The notes beneath the pieces were generated by a model. The model saw only the letters and a program-made list of their open reading frames with translations, was not told the DNA's origin and did not search any database. A DNA stretch of 64,000 bases from NCBI RefSeq assembly GCF_963921235.1, contig NC_086098.1, positions 1,178,001 to 1,242,000 of the forward strand. The letters run 5' to 3'. Position numbers and translations under genes: made by a program. Position 1 is the first letter of the stretch, and the number at the start of each line of letters is the position of its first letter. Source of the DNA: Mobula hypostoma (Eukaryota). This document shows, in pieces, positions 1 through 11,194 of this stretch.

Positions 1-8
1 ATGACTAT

Positions 9-117
9 GAAACGTCGACCGATCTTTTCCACAGATGCTGCCTGACCTGCTGAGTTCCTCCAGCGTGTTGTGAGTGTTGCTTTGACCCCAGCATCTGCAG
101 ATTATTTTGTGCAGTCT
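9..117 (+). repeat. Penelope-like terminal repeat fragment (3' half of hammerhead motif plus downstream hairpin)
   Basis: 9-80 matches 18091-18162 at 62/72 nt (manual alignment). It begins GAAACGTCGAC, and CAGATGCTG (32-40) / CAGCATCTG (89-97) form an inverted repeat. Family assignment is from general knowledge, not a search. Confidence 0.6.
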
Positions 118-254
118 ATGTTTTTTTCAATATATTTTATGAGTTTTCCTCTTGGATTAACCGTTTAATATCTCATTTATTTTCATTGTGGGTTTGGGGG
201 CAGGGGAAATTAAGGTGCTCTTATCCCTGAACTGTTAATGTCCTCAAAACCTTA

Positions 255-1070
255 GAGGTGCATATTGACTTGAGGAGAAATGTGTCTCCTCGCCACCCAA
301 TAATCATCAACATCTCTATAGTTAATACAGTTTCAACATTCAGGTTCCTGGTCATCGTTATTTCGCAGGACCTCATGGGAGAAGCATATCTCCTTCATCA
401 ACAAAAAGACTCAGCAGAGGATGTACTTCTTGCAGCAGTTGGTGAAATTCCATCTTCCCCAGAACATCCTGGTGGAATTCTATACTGCCATCATAGAGAG
501 TATCCTCATACTGTCTGGTTTGGTGCAGCATTCTCTTACAGTATACGAAACCCACAGTGAACTGTCAGGTCAGCAGTAAAGCTCATTGGCTACAGTTTAC
601 CATCTCGAAAGGACTTGTATGTGCTCGGCACAATGAATTGTGGACATTGCCCACCCTGCAAGCTGTCTTTTCCAAAAGCTCTATTCTGCAAAGTATTGTA
701 GGGCTATTAAAAGAAGAACTTCATACCATCTTAAAGGTTTCTTTTCAACAGTGAGTTAAAAATTTGATCAGCCATTCTAGTTAACACATCACCCCCTCTA
801 TCAATTATTCCCGTCACTGCACAGTACTGTGTACACTTTAAACCACTTTTTATAATGCTGTTTACATTGTAAATACATGCTGACAGTAATTTATTTATGC
901 ACATTTTATTCCATGTTTGTACTTCTAATTTTAATTGTATGTAATTGTTTATTCTTTGTAATTGTTTAATAGTGTTTTTGTTGAATGTTGTTTTCATTGT
1001 ATGTTGCACCCTAACGAACACACCTGATACACATAAACGTATATGGCAAATAAAGGTGATCCTTGATCCT
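255..1070 (+). mobile_element. Degenerate 5'-truncated Rex1/Babar/L2-like LINE (RT C-terminus, 3' UTR, tail)
   Basis: Frameshifted remnants IDLRR..PIIIN..VSTFRFL..ISQDL and KKTQQRMYFLQQL..FYTAIIESIL parallel the protein at 10004-10636. It ends AATAAA followed by a GATCCTT-repeat tail. Confidence 0.7.
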
Positions 1071-1125
1071 AAAGTATTAATTCATAAGTTAAATTAAGTC
1101 ATTATTATAATCCCATTCTCAAACT

Positions 1126-1436
1126 GTGTTGGCATGTGGCCAAGTGGTTAAGGCGTCGGTCCAGTGATCTGAAGGTCGCTAGTTCGAGCCTCAGCTGAGG
1201 CAGCGTGTTGTGTTCTTGAGCAAGGCGCTTAACCACTCATTGCTCTGCGATGGCACCGGTGCCAAGCTGTATCGGCCCTAGTGCCCTTCCCTTGGACAAC
1301 ATCGGTGGGTGGAGAGGGGAGACTTGCAACATGGGCAACTGCCGGTCTTCCATACAACCTTGCCCAGGCCTGCACCCTGGAAACCTTCCAAGGCGCAAAT
1401 CCACAGTCTCACGAGACTAACAGATGCCTATATATA
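1126..1436 (+). mobile_element. tRNA-derived SINE, probably CORE-SINE type
   Basis: Pol III A box TGGCCAAGTGG (1137-1147) and B box GTTCGAGCC (1182-1190). Central TTCTTGAGCAAGGCGCTTAACC resembles the CORE domain, and there is a (TA)n tail. Confidence 0.75.
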
Positions 1437-2084
1437 TGATATGATTGTGAAACTGTATATTCAGTTGTACAATATATGGATTTAGGGGTAACAAGCGCAG
1501 AGAATGAATGGGACAGAAACTACTGAAGAAAGGTACCAAGGGATTGATTAGAGAAAGAGAATTGTAGGAGGAAAAGGGACAGCTGTGAACAAGAAGTGCA
1601 AATCCATCAGAGAAAATCTCTTAGATTGTTTTTCACGCCACTAATTTGTGTTTTGCTGTCGAGGTAATGAGTTTGGATAGTCTTCAAGACCCAGTGTACT
1701 GAATACTGGTATGCCAGAGAGAGCACATTTTAAAAGAATCTGAGAAGTTCTGTTGACTGTTACAGGTGGGAAAAAATGTGTCTTAAGGTAATGAAAGGAA
1801 GTTCTTGGATGAACCAAATTAAGGAGCAGATGCTTGTTCAAATCCACAGTTCATGTGTGATAGCAGGCTTATACAGGCAGGGTGTGCATGTCTTCAGTAA
1901 CTAAGCAGCTGTTCCATATTTCCAGCACACAACCACAGTATGGTCTTGTCAACCCAGTTCCTGTCAGGAGTAGATTTACTTTCAAAATAGTTTCTCACTT
2001 TTAACTTTCTGAACAACAATAAAGTTTTTGCAGCAATATGTTCCAATGCATAATGAGAACCCATTTTTTTTACTTTAGTGTACC

Positions 2085-2214
2085 ATTTCCAAGGAACATT
2101 TATTGTGCTTCAACTCTCAGGCTCCTAAATCACACACTCACCTCAACTCTGAACTGATTCCACAACCTATAAGCTCACTTTAAAGGACCCTACAGCTCAT
2201 GTTTTTTCTTTCTT

Positions 2215-2259
<45 letters not shown>

Positions 2260-2432
2260 TTATATTTGTATTTGCACAGTATGTCTTCTTTTGCAAATTT
2301 GTTGTTTTTGAAATTTTGCGTGTAGTTTTTCATTGATTCCATTGATCTACAGTGAATGCCTGCAAGGAAATAAATCTCAGTGTAATAAATTGACATATAC
2401 ATACTTTGATAATAAACTTAGCTTGATCTTTG
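2085..2432 (+). mobile_element. Old LINE 3' UTR remnant (Rex1/L2-like)
   Basis: T-rich UTR-like tract ending AATAAACTTAGCTTGATCTTTGA, i.e. AATAAA plus a short-repeat tail. Boundaries are approximate. Confidence 0.4.
2215..2258. repeat. (TCTA)11 microsatellite
   Basis: Perfect TCTA repeats read directly. Confidence 0.95.
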
Positions 2433-2814
2433 ATTTCCTGCGGCTTGCCCTCCAACCTGAAACAAAGTTTGTGTACATATCTGAGACTTTCTCAAATTGT
2501 ATTTCATATACAGCCTTTCCTGCCTGTAGATTTCTTGCACATCTGCTGAGACCCATATTCTGTAAATGGTACAAAATGTTGCCTAAACCATTATTAATAT
2601 CTTACAATATATCTCCTCCACATTACTTGATCACTTAGTACATTTATTCTGTGAATAGTAAAACTGGGCAAATTAGGGAGGTGCTTTACTCATCTGTGGT
2701 CTGTGCTGAATTCACTAATCTCAACCTGGGAGAAGTTAAGAGAGTCACTGTAAACGATCCTCGCTCTGATTACATTGAGGAATGAAAAATCATCAAGCAT
2801 TTGTGTTCCTCGTT

Positions 2815-2973
2815 ACTTTAGGTTAATCCCTACATGGTGGGCATGCTAAATTGGTGCTGGAATGTGTTTGCGACACTTGCAGCTGTCTCCAAACGCATCC
2901 TTGGGTGTTAATGCAAATGATACTTTTCACTGTATGTTTTGATGTGTGTGTGATAAATGAATCTGAATCTGAA
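2815..2973 (+). mobile_element. SINE/LINE 3' fragment with (TGAATC)n tail
   Basis: Ends ATAAATGAATCTGAATCTGAA. A related sequence lies inverted at ~7505-7620 (TTAATGCAAATGA here; TCATTTGCATTAA there). Confidence 0.5.
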
Positions 2974-3000
2974 TGTGTAGATGATAAGTAAAGGCAGGGT

Positions 3001-3095
3001 TGGATGAGGCCATGATGGTTCTGTAGTGAAACAGTTTGTAGATGCTAAAGGATTGGATTAGGCCATAATGTTTCTGCAGTTGAACAGTTTGTAGA
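3001..3095. repeat. Imperfect tandem duplication, period 53 bp
   Basis: TGGATGAGGCCATGATGGTTCTGTAGTGAAACAGTTTGTAGA (3001) versus TGGATTAGGCCATAATGTTTCTGCAGTTGAACAGTTTGTAGA (3054). Confidence 0.8.
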
Positions 3096-3485
3096 CACTA
3101 CCTAAGTTTCACAATGGCAATAGTCAATTGGTAGATTCTAGTTTGTAGATCAAGTTCAAGTTTATTATCATCTGACTTCGAAGAAGGAAGTCTGAGAATC
3201 GGAGCGGGAGTGCGGAAGAAGCCATTTTTGAATTTTTCGGTTTTCTTTCCACCGGCGTTCAGAGAGGTGGGACTGCGCAGGCGTGACATCGGGCAGTGAA
3301 GCGCGGAAGATTTAAAAGGAACAGAGCCTTATACAGCAGGCAGCATCGTTTGCAGGCTGCGGAATGAGCCGGGAGCAGAGTGAAGGCTTAAGGGCTTCAG
3401 CTCACCGGGCTTAGGCGGAAACAGGCGAGGCGAGGAAGGTTTGGTATTCATTTTTTTTTTGTTGTTATTTGAGGAGAGGGGCAGT

Positions 3486-4738
3486 ATGAGTGTAAGGGCA
3501 GCTTGTTGTTCTCGGTGCCGGATGTGGGAGGCCCTGGAGTCTCCAAGCCTCCTGGACATCCACATCTGCGCCAGGTGCACCCAGATGCAGCTCCTAAGGG
3601 ACCACGTTAGGCAACTGGAGCTGCAGCTCGATGACCTTCGTCTGGTCAGGGAGAGTGAGGAGTTGATAGGGAGGAGTTACAGGCAGGTGGTCACACCGGG
3701 GCCACGGGAGGCAGACAAGTGGGTCACGGTTAGGAGGGGGAAGGGGAAGAGACAGGTAATAGAGAGTACCCCGGTGGCTGTTCCCCTTGACAATAAGTAC
3801 TCCTGTTTGAGTACTGTTGCGGGGGACAGCTTACCTGGGGGAAGCGACAGTGGCCGTGCCTCCGGCACAGAGTCCGGCCCTGTTGCTCAGAAGGGTAGGG
3901 AAAGGAAGAGGAGGGCAGTTGTAATAGGGGACTCGATAGTAAGGGGGTCAGATAGGTGATTCTGTGGACGCAGTCCAGAGACCCGGATGGTAGTTTGCCT
4001 CCCTGGTGCCAGGGTCCGGGATATTTTTGATCGTGTCCAAGATATCCTGAAGTGGGAGGATGAGGAGCCAGAGGTCGTGGTACATATAGGTACCAATGAC
4101 ATAGGTAGGAAAAGGGAAGAGGTCCTGAAAGGAGAATATAGGGAGTTAGGAAGGGAGTTGAGAAAAAGGACCGCAAAGGTAGTAATCTCGGGATTTCTGC
4201 CTGTGCCACGCGACAGTGAGAGTAGGAATGCTGAGGACGTGATTTTAAGTTTTTTAACTCTGTTTGGTTTCAAGTTAGCCCATTGCTTTGCTTTGCTTTT
4301 AGTTAGTTGCACGGTGGGTTTTTTTTGGGGGGGGGTTTCCTTTTCTCTATTGATATATATATAAAAATTAGTATACTATTATGTTACCTTGGTACGTTAT
4401 GTTTAAATTACATTGTTTGTAGTTTTTTTTTGTATTAATATCTTCTGTAATTTTATTATATTCTAACAGTGTATCAGTGCTTATATGGCTTACCTTTTTG
4501 TATACTTATTCAATAAAAAGATTTAAAAAGAAAGAAAGAAAGGAATGCAATGAGGTGGAGGATAAATGCGTGGCTGAGGGATTGGAGCAGGGGGCAGGGA
4601 TTCAAGTTTTTGGATCATTGGGACCTTTTTTGGCGCAGGTGTGACCTGTACAAAAAGGACGGGTTACACTTGAATCCTAGGGGGACCAATATCCTGGCGG
4701 GGAGATTTGCGAGGGCTACTGAGGTGACTTTAAACTAG
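3486..4738 (+). pseudogene. CR1 ORF1 (Cys Zn-finger, leucine zipper, SGNH esterase), disrupted
   Basis: CSRC..HICARC, LELQLDDL heptads, VIGDSIVRG, CLPGARVRD, VHIGTND and DGLHLN motifs. Premature TGA at 3957-3959 and an insertion at 4232-4540. Ends ACT TTA AAC TAG. Confidence 0.9.
4232..4540 (+). mobile_element. 309-bp retrotransposed insert (probable L1-type 3' UTR) with 8-bp TSD
   Basis: TSD AGGAATGC at 4224-4231 and 4541-4548. AATAAA at 4512-4517, then an A/AAAG tail. Removing the insert restores the ORF1 frame (S-R-N-A-M-R-W). Confidence 0.88.
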
Positions 4739-4959
4739 AATGGTTGGGGGTGGGATTCAAATTAAAGAGACTAGGAGAGAGGAGGTTAGTTCATAACAGG
4801 GGAATGGGAACCAGTGCAGAGAGACAGAGGAGTGTAAAATGAGGGTAGAAGCAAAAAGTAGTAAGGTGAAAGTAAAAGTGGCAGGCCAGCAAATCCAGGG
4901 CAAAAATCAAAAAGGGCCACTTTTCAACATAATTGTATAAGGGCTAAGAGAGTTGTAAA

Positions 4960-7407
4960 AGCGAGCCTGAAGGCTTTGTGTGTCAATGCAAGGAGCATTC
5001 ATAACAAGGTGGATGAATTAAAAGTGCAGATTGTTATTAATGAATATGATATAGTTGGGATCACAGAGACATGGCTCCAGGGTGACCAGGGATGGGAGCT
5101 CAACGTTCAGGGATATTCAATATTCAGGAGGGATAGACATGAAAGAAAAGGAGGTGGGGTAGCATTGCTGGTTAGAGAGGAGATTAACGCAATAGAAAGG
5201 AAGGACATTAGCCGGGAGGATGTGGAATCGATATGGGTAGAGCTGCATAACACTAAGGGGCAGAAAACGCTGGTGGGCGTTGTGTACAGGCCACTTAACA
5301 GTAGTAGTGAAGTTGGGGATGGTATTAAACAGGAAATTAGAAATGTGTGCAATAAAGGAACAGCAGTTATAATGGGTGACTTCAATCTACATATAGATTG
5401 GGTGAACCAAATTGGTAAGGGTGCTGAGGAAGAGGATTTCTTGGAATGTATGCGGGATGGTTTTTTGAACCAACATGTCGAGGAACCAACTAGAGAGCAG
5501 GCTATTCTAGACTGGGTATTGAGCAATGAGGAAGGGTTAATTAACGATCTTGTCGTGAGAGGCCCCTTGGGTAAGAGTGACCATAATATGGTGGAATTCT
5601 TCATTAAGATGGAGAGTGACATAGTTAATTCAGAAACAAAGGTACTGAACTTAAAGAAGGGTAACTTTGAAGGTATGAGACATGAATTAGCTAAGATAGA
5701 CTGGCAAATGACACTTAAAGGGTTGACGGTGGATATGCAATGGCAAGCATTTTAAAGATCGCATGGATGAACTACAACAATTGTTCATCCCAGTTTGGCA
5801 AAAGAATAAATCAAGAAAGGTAGTGCACCCGTGGCTGACAAGGGAAATTAGGGATAGTATCAATTCCAAAGAAGAAGCATACAAATTAGCCAGAAAAAGT
5901 GGCTCACCTGAGGACTGGGAGAAATTCAGAGTTCAGCAGAGGAGGACAAAGGGCTTAATTAGGAAGGGGAAAAAGGATTATGAGAAAGAAAACTGGCAGG
6001 GAACATAAAAACTGACTGTAAAAGCTTTTATAGATATGTGAAAAGAAAAAGATTGGTTAAGACAAATGTAGGTCCCCGACAGACAGAAACAGGTGAATTG
6101 ATTATGGGGAGCAAGGACATGGCAGACCAATTGAATAATTATTTTGGTTCTGTCTTCACTAAGGAGGACATAAATAATCTTCCGGAAATAGTAGGGGACA
6201 GAGGGTCCAGTGAGATGGAGGAACTGAGGGAGATACATGTTAGTAGGGAAGTGGTGTTAGGTAAATTGAAGGGATTAAAGGCAGATAAATCCCCAGGGCC
6301 AGATGGTCTGCATCCCAGAGTGTTTAAGGAAGTAGCCCAAGAAATAGTGGATGCATTAGTGATAATTTTTCAAAACTCTTTAGATTCTGGACTAGTTCCT
6401 GAGGATTGGAGGATGGCTAATGTAACTCCACTTTTTAAAAAAGGAGGGAGAGAGAAACCGGGGAATTATAGACCGGTTAGCCTAACATCGGTGGTGGGGA
6501 AACTGCTAGAGTCAGTTATCGAAGATGTGATAACAGCACATTTGGAAAGTGGTGAAACCATTGGACAAAGTCAGCATGGATTTGTGAAAGGAAAATCATG
6601 TCTGACGAATCTCATAGAATTTTTTGAGGATGTAACTAGTTGAGTGGATAGTGGAGAACCAGTGGATGTGGTATATTTGGATTTTCAAAAGGCTTTTGAC
6701 AAGGTTCCACAGAGGAGATTAGTGTGCAAATTTAAAGCACACGGTATTGGGGGTAAGGTATTGATGTGGATAGAGAGTTGGTTAGCAGACAGGAAGCAAA
6801 GAGTGGGAATAAACGGGACCTTTTCAGAATGGCAGGCAGTGACTAGTGGGGTACCGCAAGGCTCAGTGCTGGGACCCCAGTTGTTTACAATATATATTAA
6901 TGACCTAGATGAGGGAATTAAATGCGGCACCTCCAAGTTTGCGGATGACACGAAGCTGGGCGGCAGTGTTAGCTGTGAGGAGGATGCTAAGAGGATGCAG
7001 GGTGACTTGGATAGGTTAGGTGAGTGGGCAAATTCATGCAGATGCAATTTAATGTGGATAAATGTGAGGTTATCCACTTTGGTGGCAAAAACAGGAAAAC
7101 AGATTATTATCTGAATGGTGGCCGATTAGGAAAAGAGGAGGTGCAACGAGACCTGGGTGTCATTATACATGAGTCATTGAAAGTGGGCATGCAGGTACAG
7201 CAGGCAGTGAAAAAGGCGAATGGTATGCTGGCATTTATAACAAGAGGATTCGAGTACAGGAGCAGGGAGGTACTACTGCAGTTGTACAAGGCCTTGGGGA
7301 GACCACACCTGGAGTATTGTGTGCAGTTTTGGTTTTCTAATCTGAGGAAAGACATCCTTGCCATAGAGGGAGTACAAAGAAGGTTCACCAGATTGATTCC
7401 TGGGATG
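4960..7407 (+). pseudogene. CR1 ORF2 (APE endonuclease and reverse transcriptase), disrupted
   Basis: VNARS, GITETW, MGDFN and SDH endonuclease motifs, followed by KSPGPDG, NYRPVSLTS, QHGF and FADD. Frameshifts near 5755, 5985 and 7035; stop at 6641-6643. Confidence 0.93.
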
Positions 7408-7482
7408 CCTCCTTCCTGATGGTAGTGGATCATAGAGATGTTGGAATGGGTAGGAGGGATCTTTCATATTGCTTCATGCCCT
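7408..7482 (-). mobile_element. Rex1/Babar-like RT C-terminal remnant
   Basis: Minus strand reads MKDPSYPFQHLYDPLPSGRR, matching IIKDTTHPTNTPFIPLPSGRR in the 10004-10636 ORF. Confidence 0.65.
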
Positions 7483-7980
7483 TAAAAACACCTTTAAAAG
7501 ATATTTAAAGATGAGCTTTATTGATCACGTGTACATTAAATTATCTAGTAATATATGTCATTTGCATTAACAACCAGCACTGTCCAAGCATGTGCTGGGG
7601 GTAGTCCGCAAATGTTCCCAAGCATAAACAGTAAACAATTCGCGGTCCGAGTAGTGGCAGGGTATTCATTTGTCTTACATCCTGAGGGAAGAAGCTGTTA
7701 CCCAGCTACCCAAATTAGCTAAGTTAGATGCTACAAACTAAAAATTTTGTGGATGCTGCTTAAGTTTTACGATAGTAAAAGTCAATTGGATGATTTTGTG
7801 TTGAAGCAAAACAAAGAATGAAACACCTCACATATGGATGGTGAAATTCCCACAGAAGCACTAAGTTTGAAGAAATGTTGTATTTGGTGTAAGGAGTCTG
7901 TCTTCATGTGTTGGTATATTTGTGAGCAGAATACAACAAAAGCCTTCCTGGGTTTCTCACTCTGTTTGTTTCTCCCACAG

Positions 7981-8225
7981 CTAATCCAGCTGATTCTCAG
8001 TCACCTGACAGTGCCAGACCTTTGCCAGCTGGCACAGACTTGCAAGTTGCTGCACCAGCACTGTTATGACCCTCTTCAGTATGTCCAGCTCAGTTTACAA
8101 CCTTACTGGGCAGGTCTGGATGATGCCTCTTTGCAGCACCTGGAATCACGCTGTGCTCTTGTGCAGTGGTTAAATCTGTCTTGGACAGGGAATCGAGGAT
8201 CCATCACCATGCAAGGATTCAGCAG
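7981..8225 (+). CDS. FBXL4: Internal coding exon of F-box/LRR-repeat protein 4 (F-box C-terminal part and start of LRR region)
   Basis: Polypyrimidine acceptor TTTGTTTCTCCCACAG| at 7980 and donor AG|GTCAGT at 8226; 245 bp, phase 0 to 2. [63 protein letters not shown] closely matches vertebrate FBXL4 as recalled. No other exon is seen in the window. Confidence 0.93.
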
Positions 8226-8361
8226 GTCAGTGTTATATCTCTGTAAAATCTAATGAAAGGCACCAAGTATATCAAACATTTCAGCGAGTTATCCATGATC
8301 TGCCACCACAATATGATCACAGTGGACATACTATAGGTAACATAGCATCGAGCATAACTTA

Positions 8362-8430
8362 GAGTAGGTTAAAAGGTCGGCACAACATCGTGGACCAAAG
8401 GGCCTGCACTGTGTTGTGTTGTTCCATGTC
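8362..8430 (+). mobile_element. CR1 3' terminal fragment
   Basis: AGGTCGGCACAACATCGTGGACCAAAGGGCCTGCACTGTG is homologous to the reverse complement of 12121-12166, the CR1 3' end. Confidence 0.75.
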
Positions 8431-8439
8431 ATGCTTTAC

Positions 8440-8550
8440 TGCATCAGCAGTTGGGTTTGATTTCTGACCTGGCTTTAAAGTGTTTGTATATTCACCCCCC
8501 TGACATGTGGATTTCCTCCGGGTGCTCATTTTCCTCACACATTACAGACC
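8440..8550 (+). mobile_element. V-SINE (HE1-like) fragment
   Basis: GGATTTCCTCCGGGTGCTCATTTTCCTCACAC resembles the conserved V-SINE central domain. Confidence 0.55.
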
Positions 8551-9522
8551 GTAAGATACATGAGCAGAATTAGGCCATTTGGTCCATTGAGCCTGCTCTG
8601 CCATTTTATCATGACTGATCCAATTTTCCTGTCAGTCCCAATCTCCTGCCTTCTCCCCATATCCTTTCATGCCATGACCAGTCAAGAATCTATCAACCTC
8701 TGACTTAAATGTACATAAAGGTAACCTCCACAGCTGCCTATGGCAAAGAATTTCACAGATTCACCACTCTCTAGCTAAAGAAATTCCTCCTCAATTCCAT
8801 TCTGAAAGGCTGCCCCATTATTCAGCGGCTGTGTCCTCTGGTCTTAGACTCTCCCACCATAGGAACATCCTCTCCACATCCACTCTATCAAAACCTTTCA
8901 CCATTCGATAGTTCTTAATAAATTCACCCGCCATTCTTCTGAATTCTAGTGAATACAGGCCCAGAGCCATCAAACACTCTTCATGTGATAAACCATTCAA
9001 TCCTGGAATCATTTTTGTGATCCATCTTTGAACCCTCTCCAGTTTCAGCACCTCCTTTCTAAGATAAGAGGCCCATAACTGCTCACAATACTCCAAGTGA
9101 GGCCTCACCAGTGCTTTATAAAGTCTCCACATTACATCCTTGCTTTTATACTCTAGTCCTCTTGAAATGAATGCTAACATTGTATTTGCCTTCCTCACCA
9201 CAGACTTAACCTGCAACTTAACATTTAGTGAATCCTGCACAAGAGCTCCCAAGTCCTTTTGAACCTCAGTTTTTCAAATGGTTTCTGTATTCAAAATAGA
9301 GTCAACCATTTCATTTCTTCAACCAAAGTGCATGACCATATACTTCCAAACACTGTATTCCGTCTGCCATTACTTTGCCCATTCTCCTAATCTGTTAAAG
9401 TCCTACTGTGGCCTCCTTACTTCCTCAGAAGTACCTGCCCCTCCACATATCTTCATATCATCTGCAATCTTTGCAACAAAGCCATCAATTCCATCATCCA
9501 AATCATTGACATATAAGGTAAA
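8551..9522 (-). mobile_element. CR1 element A, 3' part (RT C-terminus and 3' UTR)
   Basis: Minus ORF 8818-9252 reads KANTMLAFISRGLEYKSK..LVRPHLEYC; a KIADD remnant lies upstream. Confidence 0.88.
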
Positions 9523-10853
9523 TGGCACACATGGCATACGATTGGTTATGGCACACATCAACCACAGCCTACCGGTCAACCTCGACGCTTTGCAATTCGC
9601 CTACTGGAGCAACAGGTCAACGGCAGATGCCATCTCTCTGGCCCTACATTCCTCCTTAGAACACCTGGAGAATAAAACGAATATGTAAGGGTCCTTTTCA
9701 TTGATTACAGCTCTGCCTTTAATACCATCATTCCAAATAAACGGATTCCTGAGCTCCGGAACTTCGGCCTTAGCACTCAGATCTGCAGTTGGATCTTCAA
9801 CTTCCTCACAGACAGCACCCAGGCTGTAAAAATAGGGGACAAGCTCTCCTTTACAATCACTCTGAGCATCGGTGCCCCAGAAGGCTGTGTACACAGCCCC
9901 CTGCTGTACTCACTGTACGCACATGATTGTGTAGCCAAGTTTCCATCAATCTCAATATATAAGTTTGCTGATGACACCACAATTGTAGGCCGTATCTCGG
10001 GTAATGATGATTTTGAGTATAGAGAGGAAATTAAGAACCTGGTGGCATGGTGCGAAGACAATAACCTATCCCTCAACGTCAGCAAGACGAAGGAATTGGT
10101 TGTTGACTTCAGAAGGAGTAGCGGACCGCACAACCCCATTTACATTGGTGGTGCGCAAGTGGAACAGCTTTATGTTCCTCTGGGTCAATATCACAAATGA
10201 CCTGACTTGGTCCAACCAAGCAGAGTCCACTGCCAAGAAGGCCCACCAGAACCTTTACTTCTTGAGAAAACTAAAGAAATTTGGCCTGTCCCCTAAAACG
10301 CTCACGAATTTTTATAGATGCACAGTAGAAAGCATTCTTCTAGGGTGCATCACAACCTGGTATGAAAGTTGTCCTGTCCAAGACCGGAAGAAGCTGCAGA
10401 AGATCGTGAACACAGCCCAGCACATCATACAAACCAATCTTCCATCCTTGGACTCACTTTACATCGCACGCTGTCGGAGCAGTGCTGCCAGGATAATCAA
10501 GGACACGACACACCCAACCAATACACCTTTCATCCCTCTTCCCTCCGGGAGAAGGCTCAGGAGTTTGAAGACTCGTACGGCCAGATTTGGGAACAGCTTC
10601 TTTCCAACTGTGATAAGACTGCTGAATGGATCCTGACCCGGATCTGGGCCACACCCTCCAAATATCCGGACCTGCCTCTCGGTTTTTTTGCACTACTTTA
10701 CTTTCCCTTTTCTATTTTTCTATTTATGATTTATAATTTAAATTTTTAATATTTATTATCGATTTGTACTCCAGGGAGCGCGAAGCGCAGTATCAAATAT
10801 TGCTGTGATGATTGTACGCTCTAGTATCAATTGTGTGGCGACAATAAAGTAAA
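9523..10853 (+). mobile_element. 5'-truncated Rex1/Babar-like LINE inserted into CR1 element A
   Basis: [40 protein letters not shown] and KKAHQNLYFLRKL motifs. Tail is AATAAAGTAAAGTAAA, and GTAAA flanks both ends (9518-9522, 10854-10858). Confidence 0.88.
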
Positions 10854-11190
10854 GTAAAAAAGAAGCAGGCCCAACACAGACCCCTGTGGAACACCACTCG
10901 TTACCAGCAGTCAGACAGAAAAGGCTCCCTTTATTCGTACTCTTTGCCTACTGCCAATCAGTCACTGCTTTATCCATGCTAGAATCTTTCTTGTAATACC
11001 ATGGACTCACAGCTGGTTAAGCAGCTTCATGTGTAGCCCCTTGTAAAAAGCATTCTGAAAGTCCAAGTACACAACATCAACAGATTCTCCGTTGTCTATC
11101 CTGCTTATTTCTTCAAAGAATTGCAACAGATGTGTCAGGCAAGATTTTCACTTGAGGAAACCATGCTGAATATGGCTTATCATGTGCCTC
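10854..11190 (-). mobile_element. CR1 element A, middle part
   Basis: Minus strand gives [21 protein letters not shown], continuing directly into the 8551-9522 piece. Confidence 0.85.
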
Positions 11191-11194
11191 GAAG

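Larger units (their letters stand above)
3178..7407 (+). mobile_element. CR1-clade LINE copy 1: 5' UTR, ORF1 and ORF2 present, 3' end deleted, inactive
   Basis: GC-rich 5' UTR, ORF1 esterase, and ORF2 APE plus RT ([25 protein letters not shown]). Near-identical to 47646-48387 and ends abruptly at ...CCTGGGATG (7407). The 5' boundary is approximate. Confidence 0.93.

Noticed and set aside
1131..1205. tRNA gene
   Set aside because: A and B boxes are present, but there is no clean cloverleaf or poly-T terminator, and it continues into a SINE body.
3677..7467. Antisense ORFs over CR1 (e.g. 3887-4312, 5107-5622, 6685-7077)
   Set aside because: Shadow frames of LINE coding sequence with no independent motifs.
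7834..8253. 139-aa ORF as a complete gene
   Set aside because: Only 7981-8225 matches FBXL4 and it is bounded by AG/GT splice sites; the rest is intron read-through.
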